Of a stretch of DNA of 36,638 nt, positions 26,246 to 35,530 are shown piece by piece (position 1 is the first letter of the stretch; each line of letters starts with the position of its first letter). The position numbers and the translations under genes are program-made. Under the pieces are notes generated by a model. It saw only the letters and a program-made list of their open reading frames with translations, did no database searches and had not been told where the DNA came from. The stretch is from an uncultured Bacteroidia bacterium. Lineage in GTDB: Bacteria > Bacteroidota > Bacteroidia > Bacteroidales > UBA932. The stretch is taken from positions 1 through 36,638 of the forward strand of contig CADBMK010000169.1 in NCBI GenBank assembly GCA_902795785.1, read 5' to 3'.

Positions 26246-27916
26246 ATGGGACAAGAAAAACGAGGCAATGAATATGACGTAATCATTGTCGGTGGCGGAA
26301 TCACCGGAGCAGGAACTGCGAGGGACTGTGCCCTTCGAGGACTCAATGTCCTTCTTATAGAAAGACACGACATCGCAACGGGCGCAACCGGACGTAACCA
26401 CGGTCTGCTTCACAGTGGCGCGCGCTATGCCGTCAAGGACAGCGAATCCGCCGAAGAATGTATCAGGGAAAACATCATCCTGAGAAAGATAGCCAGCAAC
26501 TGCGTCGAAGACACACAGGGTCTTTTCATCACCCTTCCCGAAGACGCCGACAGCGGCTATGGACTTGACTATCAGAAAACCTTCATCGAGGCCTGCCTCA
26601 AGGCCGGAATCAACGCAGAAGCCATCGATCCAAAAGATGCCATAATGATGGAGCCGTCTGTCAACCCAAGACTCATCGGCGCCGTCAAGGTTCCTGACGG
26701 TTCCGTGGATCCGTTCCGTCTGTGCGCAGCCAACATCACCGATGCAAAGCTGCACGGTGCAAAAGTACTCGTCTATTCAGAAGTAACTGAATTCATAAAG
26801 GAAGGAGACACCATTCTCGGAGTCAAGGTCAGAGATTCCAAGACAGGTGAGATTTCCGAATACAGGGCTCCGGTAACAGTCAACGCTGCCGGTATCTGGG
26901 GCCATAACATCGCCGAAATGGCCGGGGTACACGTAGGAATGTATCCTGCAAAAGGCGCCCTGCTCGTCTTCGGGCACAGGGTCAACAACGTCGTAATCAA
27001 CCGCTGCCGCAAGTCCGCCGACGGAGACATTCTCGTTCCGGGCGATACCGTATGCGTCATCGGAACCACTTCCACAAAGGTTCCGTTCGAGCAGTGCGAC
27101 AACATGTACGTCACCAGGGACGAGGTTGAACTCCTTCTGCGTGAAGGATGCGCCCTTGCGCCAAGCCTCGCCACCACCAGGATCCTCCGCGCATACGCCG
27201 GTGTACGACCTCTCGTTGCATCCGACGACGACCCTACGGGAAGAAGCATCTCCCGCGGCATCGTCTGCCTGGATCACGAAACACGCGACGGCCTTAAAGG
27301 TTTCATTACGATAACCGGAGGAAAGCTCATGACTTACAGACTTATGTCTGAGATTGCAACCGATGCCGTTTGCAAGAAACTCAACATAAACAAGACCTGT
27401 CAGACAGCCACCACCCCTATCATCGGTTCAGAGATGGGTGAAGCCAGGAAAGACACCCTCGAAAAGACTGTCAAGAAGATTTGGAACTTCCCTACCATAG
27501 GACAGAAGGCTGCTGCCGGTCGTTTCGGAACCAGGGCGGCTGACATTCCTTATAAGAGTGAAGAAGACAGGAAGGTAATTTGCGAATGCGAGCAGGTTAC
27601 CCTCGGAGAAATCAAATATGCAGTCAAGACCAACGCCATAACGTCCCTTGAGGACCTGCGCCGCAGAACCCGTATCGGTATGGGAACCTGCCAGGGCACA
27701 TTCTGTATCTACAAGGCGGCCAAAGCCCTTGCAGAAGCGCTCGGAACGCCTGAGAAAGCGGACATCATCGCCAGGGACTATCTCAACGAGAGATGGAAGG
27801 GCATGACCTGCGTAGGCTGGGGAGATACCATCCGTGAAATGGAATTCATGCAGAGAGTCTACAAGAACGGTATCCCTGATTCTTACAAAAATATCCCGGA
27901 CCCAACTAAAAAGTAA
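26246..27916 (+). CDS. glpA: Anaerobic glycerol-3-phosphate dehydrogenase subunit A
   Basis: IVGGGITG, ATGRNHGLLHSGARYA, NAAGIW, GGKLMTYRLM, BFD-like CECE...RRTRIGMGTCQGTFC. Confidence 0.95.
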   Translation: MGQEKRGNEYDVIIVGGGITGAGTARDCALRGLNVLLIERHDIATGATGRNHGLLHSGARYAVKDSESAEECIRENIILRKIASNCVEDTQGLFITLPEDADSGYGLDYQKTFIEACLKAGINAEAIDPKDAIMMEPSVNPRLIGAVKVPDGSVDPFRLCAANITDAKLHGAKVLVYSEVTEFIKEGDTILGVKVRDSKTGEISEYRAPVTVNAAGIWGHNIAEMAGVHVGMYPAKGALLVFGHRVNNVVINRCRKSADGDILVPGDTVCVIGTTSTKVPFEQCDNMYVTRDEVELLLREGCALAPSLATTRILRAYAGVRPLVASDDDPTGRSISRGIVCLDHETRDGLKGFITITGGKLMTYRLMSEIATDAVCKKLNINKTCQTATTPIIGSEMGEARKDTLEKTVKKIWNFPTIGQKAAAGRFGTRAADIPYKSEEDRKVICECEQVTLGEIKYAVKTNAITSLEDLRRRTRIGMGTCQGTFCIYKAAKALAEALGTPEKADIIARDYLNERWKGMTCVGWGDTIREMEFMQRVYKNGIPDSYKNIPDPTKK

Positions 27917-27921
27917 GGAGT

Positions 27922-28500
27922 ATGAAATTCGACGTTATAGTAATAGGCGGAGGACTTGCCGGAATGAAAGCGGCCGGCCTCCTTATTGCCAAGGGAAAGA
28001 AGGTGGCCGTAATCACTGAGGGCCACTCCATTCATAATGTTTCGTACAAAGAATTCCAGAGCGCCGACGGTACTCTTCTTATGGGAGACTGCGTGGTTTC
28101 TTCTGAAGTCAAGGACGGCAAGGTCCTGAGCGTCACCACCGAGAAGATCTCTGACATTCCATTCGAGGCGGACTATTTCATCCTTGCCACCGGCAAGTAT
28201 TTCGGCGGCGGAATCAAGGCCGACATGGACCACATCTGGGAGCCTTTGTTCGGCTGCGACATTGATGCGGACGAAGACAGGTCAACCTGGTTCGACTGGG
28301 ATTTCAGCAAGAAGCAGAAATTCCTGGATTTCGGAATTAAGGTGGACCAGGACTTCAGGGCTCTTTCTAAGGGCAATGCATTCGAGAACCTCTACGCATG
28401 CGGTGAAATCCTTGCAGGACTTTCAGGCATCGGAGAGAATGCGGATAAGGAAATTGAGAAAACAGCCGAGAAAGTGGCTGAAAACATAATCAACAAATAG
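27922..28500 (+). CDS. glpB: Anaerobic glycerol-3-phosphate dehydrogenase subunit B, internally deleted (192 aa)
   Basis: MKFDVIVIGGGLAG N-terminus joined directly to GlpB C-terminal motifs (MGD, DIPFEAD, ILATGKYFGGG, EPLFG, FG, ENLYACGEILAG); lies between glpA and glpC. Confidence 0.85.
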   Translation: MKFDVIVIGGGLAGMKAAGLLIAKGKKVAVITEGHSIHNVSYKEFQSADGTLLMGDCVVSSEVKDGKVLSVTTEKISDIPFEADYFILATGKYFGGGIKADMDHIWEPLFGCDIDADEDRSTWFDWDFSKKQKFLDFGIKVDQDFRALSKGNAFENLYACGEILAGLSGIGENADKEIEKTAEKVAENIINK

Positions 28501-28502
28501 CC

Positions 28503-29738
28503 ATGCAGGAAAAGAATCTAAGCAAATTTGATTTCGAGCAGTGCCAGAAATGCGCTATCTGTACGAATGTTTGCCCTGTTATGGCAAACAACCCGAAATA
28601 TGCCGGTCCTAAACAGTCAGGTCCGGATGAGAACCGTTACCGTCTGAAGAACGGACTGTTCTTCGACGACGCCCTCAAGTATTGCATGAACTGCAAGCGC
28701 TGTGAGGTTGCCTGTCCTTCCAACGTCAAGGTGGGCGACATGATCCAGGCCGCCAAGATAGAATTCGGCCACGGCCCCGGACTCCGTGAGCTTATGGTAG
28801 CAAATACGGACGCAATGGGCAAGATTGCCACTAAGTTCGCTCACCTTGTGAATTTCGGACTCAGCCTGGCGCCTGCCAAGGCCCTTGTAGAGGCCACGGT
28901 TGGAATCAGCAGGAAGGCACCGATGCCGTCATATTCCTTCACGACATTCGAATCCTGGTTCAAAAAGAACAAGCAGGAGGAACAGTCTAAGTTCAGCAGG
29001 CAGATCAGCTATTACCACGGATGTTACGCCAACTACAACTATCCTCAGCTTGGTAAGGACTTCGTATCAGTGCTCAATGCACTTGGATTCGGCGTTAACC
29101 TTCTTGACGGAGAACGCTGCTGCGGCGTGGCAAAGATTACCAACGGACTGGCAGCCAAGGCCGCTGAGGACGGAGAACACAATGTAAATCTCTTCCGCAA
29201 ATCCATTGCTGAAGGCAGGGACATCGTAACCGTGTCAACATCCTGCACGCTGACAATCCTCGAGGAATACCCTCACCTTCTTGGTGTTGAAAACTCCGAC
29301 GTCAAGGATCACATCAGCCTGGTTGAGAAATTCATCTATAAGGAAATCGCTTCCGGAAGAGTCAAACTCGCCTGGAAGAAAGACTATAAGGCAAAGGCAG
29401 CTTACCACTGCCCATGTCACCAGGAGAAACTTGGCTGGGGCGTGTTTACGACCGAACTTCTGAAGATGATTCCGGGACTTGACCTTACGGTTCTCGACAG
29501 TAATTGCTGTGGAATCGCCGGTACATACGGATTCAAGAAAGAAAACCGCGAGGTTTCCGAACAGATTGGAAAACCGCTTTTCGACCAGATTAAGAAAGTG
29601 GCTCCGGACTTCGTAGCCTGCGAATGCGAAACTTGTAAGTGGCAGATAGAAGGAATGACCAAGGTTCCGGTCAAGAACCCTGTTTCAATCCTTGCTCAGG
29701 CCCTTGACTTAGAGGCGACCGGAAAGCTTAACTCTTAA
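28503..29738 (+). CDS. glpC: Anaerobic glycerol-3-phosphate dehydrogenase subunit C
   Basis: Two ferredoxin motifs CQKCAICTNVCP and CMNCKRCEVACP; GPKQSGPD; two CCG domains; CETCKWQIE. Confidence 0.95.
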   Translation: MQEKNLSKFDFEQCQKCAICTNVCPVMANNPKYAGPKQSGPDENRYRLKNGLFFDDALKYCMNCKRCEVACPSNVKVGDMIQAAKIEFGHGPGLRELMVANTDAMGKIATKFAHLVNFGLSLAPAKALVEATVGISRKAPMPSYSFTTFESWFKKNKQEEQSKFSRQISYYHGCYANYNYPQLGKDFVSVLNALGFGVNLLDGERCCGVAKITNGLAAKAAEDGEHNVNLFRKSIAEGRDIVTVSTSCTLTILEEYPHLLGVENSDVKDHISLVEKFIYKEIASGRVKLAWKKDYKAKAAYHCPCHQEKLGWGVFTTELLKMIPGLDLTVLDSNCCGIAGTYGFKKENREVSEQIGKPLFDQIKKVAPDFVACECETCKWQIEGMTKVPVKNPVSILAQALDLEATGKLNS

Positions 29739-30464
29739 AGAATCGTTCAGCTGACCCTTATTGGTTTTATCACTGAGGTTCAGCCATTCGAGCGCAAGAT
29801 CATATCGCTGTTGCATATAACATGCAGCGGCGATATTGTATTGTATGGCCCCCTTTAGGCTACGGTTCTTGGTAACCTTGAGGATTTCAATCCACTTATC
29901 GATGGCCTCGTCGAACTTGAAATCGTAACAAAGTCTGATAGGAACAGCCCAATCAGTTCCTACGGTCTCGGCATAATAAAGATTGATGCTGGATCTCCTC
30001 CACTGTGGGACGAACTTCTTGGAAAGCTCCTTTCCGTCCTGGGCTCCGGTGCAGACAGAAGGGATAGTCCAGGTATAAACCGTGTCTATCTGAGTCATGG
30101 AGTCATAGCCGTAAATCTTTCCGCCGAAATTGTCGATTATGAAAATGGCATCCCTGTCGGAATTCATTATGAAACTGCGCGCTTCATAATGAGGATTGAA
30201 TTCAAGGCTGTCTGCAATCTTCATGGAAGATACTTCAACCGGCCTGCCAATATTGTCATTGAGATTCTGTGCGAATCCCATCGCCACGTTTGCACAGACG
30301 GTCGAATCCTTCTCGTTATCAGGATAAAGGAAGGCTACCGTCACATCCTCATTGTTCACATCCATTCCGGATACGGACGGAACTGATGTTTCATAATAGA
30401 AACTGTATGGTGCGATACATGAGGTGGCCGTTAAAAGGGCGGCAAGGTATGCGGTTGCTTTCAT
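29709..30464 (-). CDS. Hypothetical lipoprotein with a C-terminal TPR-like helix pair (possibly DUF6340-like)
   Basis: Lipobox ATS|C; PQW; AIDKW; YNIAAACYMQQRYDLALEWL; ATGA overlap with the rimO stop. Confidence 0.7.
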   Translation of the reverse strand: MKATAYLAALLTATSCIAPYSFYYETSVPSVSGMDVNNEDVTVAFLYPDNEKDSTVCANVAMGFAQNLNDNIGRPVEVSSMKIADSLEFNPHYEARSFIMNSDRDAIFIIDNFGGKIYGYDSMTQIDTVYTWTIPSVCTGAQDGKELSKKFVPQWRRSSINLYYAETVGTDWAVPIRLCYDFKFDEAIDKWIEILKVTKNRSLKGAIQYNIAAACYMQQRYDLALEWLNLSDKTNKGQLNDSLRVKLSGRL

Positions 30465-31771
30465 AATACTGGTTCTGCGGTTAAATCATAATCATCTGCG
30501 CCCGTTATGCGGACGTTGATGAATTGTCCCTGCATCGATGCCGGATTGTCGCCGAAGGCTTTGACAATGATCTCTCCGTCAACTTCCGGACTTTCATATT
30601 GACTGCGGCAGATAAACCTGCCGTCAGAATAATCGTCAATCAGCACTTTTTCAACGGTACCGATACGGCTCTCGTTATATTCGCGGGATATTTCCCTCTG
30701 GGCCGTCATCAATTCCGTAAGACGTCTGCGCTTGGTTGCCGGCGCCACCGAATCCCTGAGGTTCTGCGCGCCGAAAGTGCCTTCCTCCTCGGAATACATA
30801 AAAGCGCCCAACCTCTCGAATCTGGCTTCCTTAATGAACCCTACAAGTTCGTTGAACTCCTTTCTCCCCTCTCCCGGATGACCTACTATCATCGTCGTGC
30901 GGAGCACCACTCCCGGAACCCTTTCACGGAGTTTCTGGATGAGTTCACGCGTCCAGGCCCCTGTCGTATGACGGTGCATGCAGGAAAGGACCTCATCGTT
31001 GACGTGCTGAAGAGGAATGTCAAGATATTTGCAAACCTTCGGATTGCCGGCCATCTCGTCGAGTACATCGAGAGGGAAATCCGCAGGATAGGAGTAATGG
31101 ATGCGTATCCATTCAATCCCATCCACCTCGGAGAGTTTCCTTAGAAGTTCACCCAGGCATCTCTTCTTATAAAGATCAAGCCCGTAGTAGGTTGTATCCT
31201 GTGCAATCAGTACGAGTTCCTTCACTCCGTGGGCTGCAAGGTCCCTTGTCTCCGCCACGAGTTCTTCCATAGGGACAGATTTGTGCGCTCCCCTGATAAA
31301 AGGAATCGCGCAGTAGGAGCATCTCCTGTCACATCCTTCGGATATCTTGAGATATGCAAAGGTGTCGTGCTTCTCTGAATCGAAGCGCCTTTTCACGCCA
31401 ACCTTCGGAGTGCCTCCGACAGCCTTGACGACAGGATCCGTCTCCCTTGCCCCATACCAGCCGTCAACCTCGGGAATAAGTCCCGGAAGCTGGTCCATGT
31501 ACCTTTGGGAAAGGCAGCCGAAGACGATGAGTTTTCCTACGAGACCGCGGTTATTGCGATCCACACAGGACATGATTTCAGCGATGGACTGTTCCTTGGC
31601 CTCACCGATGAAACCACAGGTATTGACAAGCAGCCAATCGACCCTGCGGTCAGTCACCTCCTCCGGGACGATTTCATACTCCCCGTCCAGCTGGGCGAGG
31701 ATATGTTCCGAATCAACCTGGTTCTTGGAGCAACCCAGGGTAATGATCTGTATTGACTGCTTCTTTGTCAT
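30461..31771 (-). CDS. rimO: Ribosomal protein S12 methylthiotransferase
   Basis: TLGCSKNQVDSE, VNTCGFI, GCLSQRY, radical SAM EGCDRRCSYCAIP, AQDTT, SPEVDG. Confidence 0.96.
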   Translation of the reverse strand: MTKKQSIQIITLGCSKNQVDSEHILAQLDGEYEIVPEEVTDRRVDWLLVNTCGFIGEAKEQSIAEIMSCVDRNNRGLVGKLIVFGCLSQRYMDQLPGLIPEVDGWYGARETDPVVKAVGGTPKVGVKRRFDSEKHDTFAYLKISEGCDRRCSYCAIPFIRGAHKSVPMEELVAETRDLAAHGVKELVLIAQDTTYYGLDLYKKRCLGELLRKLSEVDGIEWIRIHYSYPADFPLDVLDEMAGNPKVCKYLDIPLQHVNDEVLSCMHRHTTGAWTRELIQKLRERVPGVVLRTTMIVGHPGEGRKEFNELVGFIKEARFERLGAFMYSEEEGTFGAQNLRDSVAPATKRRRLTELMTAQREISREYNESRIGTVEKVLIDDYSDGRFICRSQYESPEVDGEIIVKAFGDNPASMQGQFINVRITGADDYDLTAEPVL

Positions 31772-32223
31772 TATTCAGCTTTATTAGCTTCTTCCTGTGC
31801 CTTTTTATACTCAGCCTCACGCTCCTCGTCAGTCATGAAGTCGAGGGATGCGCTCTGACGGAGTTCATTATACCACTCTACGACCTTCTTCATATGTGAC
31901 ACATAGAATCTGTCCGCGTCGTAGTTAGGAATGGCCTTGAGGAAAAGAGCCTTGAGTTCTTCAGGTGAAGAGTTCTTTCCTGGAGCCTCAGCATCACCGA
32001 GGACAGCCTTGAGAGCCTCGAAAACTGCCTGAAGTTTCATTTCAGTTTCGGTAGTATAAATGCTTATGTCACCGAGAGATGTAATACGGCTATTAAGGTC
32101 AAAAAGAGTTCTCTTCTTGTCTGCGATACACTCTACGATGGCGCCATTGCGTGCCTGGCTGATATAAAGATACAGGCCATGCTTGCCTGATACTGTAAGG
32201 ATTCTGCTTAAATCTGTTTTCAT
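31771..32223 (-). CDS. DUF5606 family protein
   Basis: ILTVSGKHGLY, SLGDISIYT, PNYDADRFYVSHMKKVVEWYN; a Bacteroidota-conserved family. Confidence 0.85.
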   Translation of the reverse strand: MKTDLSRILTVSGKHGLYLYISQARNGAIVECIADKKRTLFDLNSRITSLGDISIYTTETEMKLQAVFEALKAVLGDAEAPGKNSSPEELKALFLKAIPNYDADRFYVSHMKKVVEWYNELRQSASLDFMTDEEREAEYKKAQEEANKAE

Positions 32224-32263
32224 ATTACGTATTGGATATTTCTGTGTTTAACAATTTACAAAG

Positions 32264-32845
32264 TTAAGAAAAAAACACTTCAAGTGTCCGTTTCTCAAGT
32301 TCCTCGAAAGTGCAATCGTTGGTTATGACCACGTCTGCCTTCTCAAGCGGCAATTTCTGTGCCGCCACCCTGCGGCGGATTGAATCTGGATTAACCCCGT
32401 CACGGCTGACAGCCCTTGCAATACGGACGTCTTCAGGCGCATCCACGGCAACAATCTTGTCCGCGACATTGCTGAAAAGAGGTTTTGAGAGTACGAGGGC
32501 AGATTCCATCACCACGAACGGAACCTTTTCTGCATCGAAGCCGTTACGCCAGAGAAGGAAGTCGGCAAGGACGGCCGGATGAACGATGGATTCAACCGTC
32601 TGCAGTTTTGCCCTGTCATTGAAAATGACGGAGGACAGTTTTTTCCTGTCAAGGGAACCGTCGGCAAGACGGAGATTCTCACCAAGCGCCTCCTCAATTT
32701 TTCCAAGAAGCGGTCCCCTGTAAAGTTCCTTGGTGCGGCTGTCGGAATCATAGACAGGGACTCCACGGGAGGAAAGGATGCGGCAGACAGCTGATTTTCC
32801 GCTGCCGATACCTCCTGTTACAAATACGATTGCAGGCGTTTTCAT
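32264..32845 (-). CDS. coaE: Dephospho-CoA kinase
   Basis: TGGIGSGKS P-loop, VYDSD, LDRKKL, IVHPAV, ESA, RIAR...RD. Confidence 0.95.
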   Translation of the reverse strand: MKTPAIVFVTGGIGSGKSAVCRILSSRGVPVYDSDSRTKELYRGPLLGKIEEALGENLRLADGSLDRKKLSSVIFNDRAKLQTVESIVHPAVLADFLLWRNGFDAEKVPFVVMESALVLSKPLFSNVADKIVAVDAPEDVRIARAVSRDGVNPDSIRRRVAAQKLPLEKADVVITNDCTFEELEKRTLEVFFS

Positions 32846-33822
32846 TTGCGGATGTTCTCTATGCAGTCAAAGACCTCCGGTTCCACTGAAGCGTCAATTA
32901 CACCTGATGGCAAACCTGAGGCGTGGACTATGCAACGTCCCGAGCGAGACTCTGCAAAGTCCTTGTAATCAATATAGACACGCATTTTACCGGAAGGATT
33001 GATTGAAAGTGGAAAAGCGCACTTATACACCACTTTCGCAACCGGCGGAAAGACCGAAAGGTCATGGCCCGCAGGGATGTTCCTCACGGAGACGAAGACC
33101 TCTTCGCTGACTTCCACATAACGTGTCACGTCGATTGAATAATTAACTATCCTGTCGGAGAGCCTCACGCCGGGAACCGACTCCAGTCTTGCCACTCCGT
33201 GGACACTGGATTTAACGTTCTCGTGGGAGATGGTCTCCGTCATTATCCTGTTGATGTTCTGAAGTTGGAAAGCCTCACCGTAAACGGTGACGCTGTCGGG
33301 CACGAGCTTGATTCTGCCCATTGCCATATACTGGGATTTGTAACTGATATTCTCAACCGCCTGCACAGGTACCTTCTTATGGTTTTCCCTTGTGAAACGG
33401 AACTGGACAGACTGTGAAACAAATGACTCCAGAATGGCCTCTCCACCGAAAAGTTCATTGACATAACCCACAAGGTCGGCGGCGTCAATTCGGAACAGTT
33501 CAGACTCGCCCGGCACCCTGTGAAGGTCTGCGGGGTCAAAAAATACGGTTTTGACACGCTTGGAGTTGTCGCTGAAGCGGAGAAGTTTAAAACCGGAAGT
33601 GCGGCATCTTGCCACAATGACCGATGAATTTGAAGACTCGCTCGCATACCCTTCAAGATTGCTCTGTGCCGTCACAGAAACGCTTACAAGGGACGAGTAA
33701 TTCTCCGATAGGTTAAAAAGAACCCATATGCCAAATGCCAACAGGAGAGATAAGACAAAAATTGCCAAACCCCTCCCGTCGATATTCAGCTTGCCAAGAA
33801 GCTTATGTACGAAGCCTCCCAA
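32842..33822 (-). CDS. YbbR/CdaR-like domain membrane protein
   Basis: TM ending IWVLFNLS, KKVPV, PDSVTVYG, conserved position between yajC and coaE. Start placed at TTG 33822, 1 nt after the yajC stop (uncertain). Confidence 0.8.
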   Translation of the reverse strand: MGGFVHKLLGKLNIDGRGLAIFVLSLLLAFGIWVLFNLSENYSSLVSVSVTAQSNLEGYASESSNSSVIVARCRTSGFKLLRFSDNSKRVKTVFFDPADLHRVPGESELFRIDAADLVGYVNELFGGEAILESFVSQSVQFRFTRENHKKVPVQAVENISYKSQYMAMGRIKLVPDSVTVYGEAFQLQNINRIMTETISHENVKSSVHGVARLESVPGVRLSDRIVNYSIDVTRYVEVSEEVFVSVRNIPAGHDLSVFPPVAKVVYKCAFPLSINPSGKMRVYIDYKDFAESRSGRCIVHASGLPSGVIDASVEPEVFDCIENIRK

Positions 33823-33823
33823 A

Positions 33824-34129
33824 TTACTGCTGGACCTGAGAATAATCCTTGTTAAGGGCGTTCTTGTCAACCCTCAGCTTAACGTCACCGTCAACCTTGA
33901 TAAGGACGGTCTTGTCCTTGATCTCTTCAACGGTTCCATAGATACCGCCGATGGTAACGACCTTGTCACCCTTCTTAAGTGCATTGCGGAATTTCTCAAG
34001 TTCCTTCTGCTGCTTGCGCTGAGGACGGATCATGAAAAACCACATTACGACGAAGATAAGGATGATCATAATCCAAAAGCTTCCCTGACCGCCTGCGGCA
34101 GGAGCCGATGCCTGAAGTAAAGTAAACAT
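33824..34129 (-). CDS. yajC: Preprotein translocase subunit YajC
   Basis: WFFMIRPQRK, LKKGDKVVTIGGIYG. Confidence 0.96.
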   Translation of the reverse strand: MFTLLQASAPAAGGQGSFWIMIILIFVVMWFFMIRPQRKQQKELEKFRNALKKGDKVVTIGGIYGTVEEIKDKTVLIKVDGDVKLRVDKNALNKDYSQVQQ

Positions 34130-34153
34130 ATAAATTGGTTTTGTGTTTTAATC

Positions 34154-35119
34154 TTACATTAATCCTTTGCCGCTCTTGCTGACCTTGCCCTCCTCCTGGA
34201 ACTTCTGGATAAGTTTGTCAAGAAGACCGTTGATGAACGAGCAGCTCTTAGGCGTGCTGTAATACTTGGAAATCTCCACGTATTCGTTGATTGTAACCTT
34301 TACAGGAATTTCCTTGAATGTGGTAGCCTCGGCAAGTCCGAGTGAGATAAGAGCCATGTCAATATTGAAAAGACGGGCCTTGTCCCATGATGGAACCTGC
34401 TCGGAGATAAGCTGGTAATACTCCGGGAAAGAAGAGAATGCACTTCTGAGGAGTTTTACGACAAATGCCTTGTCGCTGTCTGCAGGCTTGCCCTGGCTGA
34501 TAAGCACGTCGCTCTGGTAAAGCGGAGGAAGATTCCATCTTTCGCCCTTTCCGAGAGCCTTGAGGCTTGTAATGCACCAGGAAAGCGAATATGCAAGATC
34601 ATCAATCCAAAGAAGCGAGAGATCCTCAAGAATCTTCTCGAGTTCAACATTATCGACAAGTTCCTCTTCAAAGATCTTCACGAAAAGAGCAGCATCCTGG
34701 GAAAGGCTTCTTTCCTCCGATGCCATGTATTTTTTAAAATACTCTTTTTCGGAAACGGTTTTGAAAAGATTTCTTACGAAAGCGTCATAAGGCTCCCACG
34801 AAAGTTTCTTTTTGGAAACGATCTTCTGAAAATCAGGATCATCCAAAATAAGAGGAGCGATGGCATTCTGAGCAAACTTGAGATTCGGTTCTAGGTCTTC
34901 CTTGGTGGCGTTGAAACGGTTCTTTGCCGCTTCCATACGCGCAACAGCCTCTTCCGTAATAACCGGAATGAGGGAAAGCATATAAAGATACAGGTCTCTG
35001 GTAGCCTCGCATGAAGACTCGAGCATGGACTCAGCGTCCGCGAGAGTCATTCCCGGATTCTCCGAGTAACTGTACAGAACCTTGAATGCCTTTATTCTGA
35101 GAATTCTTCTGTTAAGCAT
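34154..35119 (-). CDS. nusB: Transcription antitermination factor NusB (long Bacteroidota form)
   Basis: MLNRRILRIK N-terminus; WDKARL; IPVKVTINEYVEISKYYSTPKS..FINGLLD. Confidence 0.94.
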   Translation of the reverse strand: MLNRRILRIKAFKVLYSYSENPGMTLADAESMLESSCEATRDLYLYMLSLIPVITEEAVARMEAAKNRFNATKEDLEPNLKFAQNAIAPLILDDPDFQKIVSKKKLSWEPYDAFVRNLFKTVSEKEYFKKYMASEERSLSQDAALFVKIFEEELVDNVELEKILEDLSLLWIDDLAYSLSWCITSLKALGKGERWNLPPLYQSDVLISQGKPADSDKAFVVKLLRSAFSSFPEYYQLISEQVPSWDKARLFNIDMALISLGLAEATTFKEIPVKVTINEYVEISKYYSTPKSCSFINGLLDKLIQKFQEEGKVSKSGKGLM

Positions 35120-35139
35120 GATTTCAAACAAAATTTACG

Positions 35140-35147
35140 CAAAGATA
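35140..35147 (-). promoter_or_regulatory. -7 promoter box of the nusB-yajC-ybbR-coaE operon
   Basis: TATCTTTG on the minus strand, 20 nt upstream of the nusB ATG. Confidence 0.6.
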
Positions 35148-35197
35148 AGGCAGTTTTTCATATTTTTTTCTAAATTTACTTAAAATAAGCAAGTAAG

Positions 35198-35530
35198 ATG
35201 TACAGAGACGACTACGACCGTTCTTCCACACAGGACCATTCATCTGAAGATATCTTTTCCAGACCTGTAAAAGCAGTAAAACGCACATATTTTTTTGATG
35301 TAAAGGCCACTAAAGGCAAAAAAGACTTTTATCTGACCATAACGGAAAGTAAGCGCAGGCAGGAAAGAGATGGTTCTCTCACATACGACAAGCACAAGAT
35401 TTTCCTATATAAAGAAGACTTCGAAAAGTTTTCAGATGGACTGGCAGATGTAATCTCCTTCGTCAAAAAGAATTTCTTTGACGGAGAAGTGATTGAGCAG
35501 CACCCATCCGAAAAGAGCAGGGAGTTCTAA
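35198..35530 (+). CDS. DUF3276 / PUR-family DNA/RNA-binding protein
   Basis: IFSRPVKAVKRTYFFDVK, YLTITESK, HKIFLYKEDFEKF. Confidence 0.9.
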   Translation: MYRDDYDRSSTQDHSSEDIFSRPVKAVKRTYFFDVKATKGKKDFYLTITESKRRQERDGSLTYDKHKIFLYKEDFEKFSDGLADVISFVKKNFFDGEVIEQHPSEKSREF

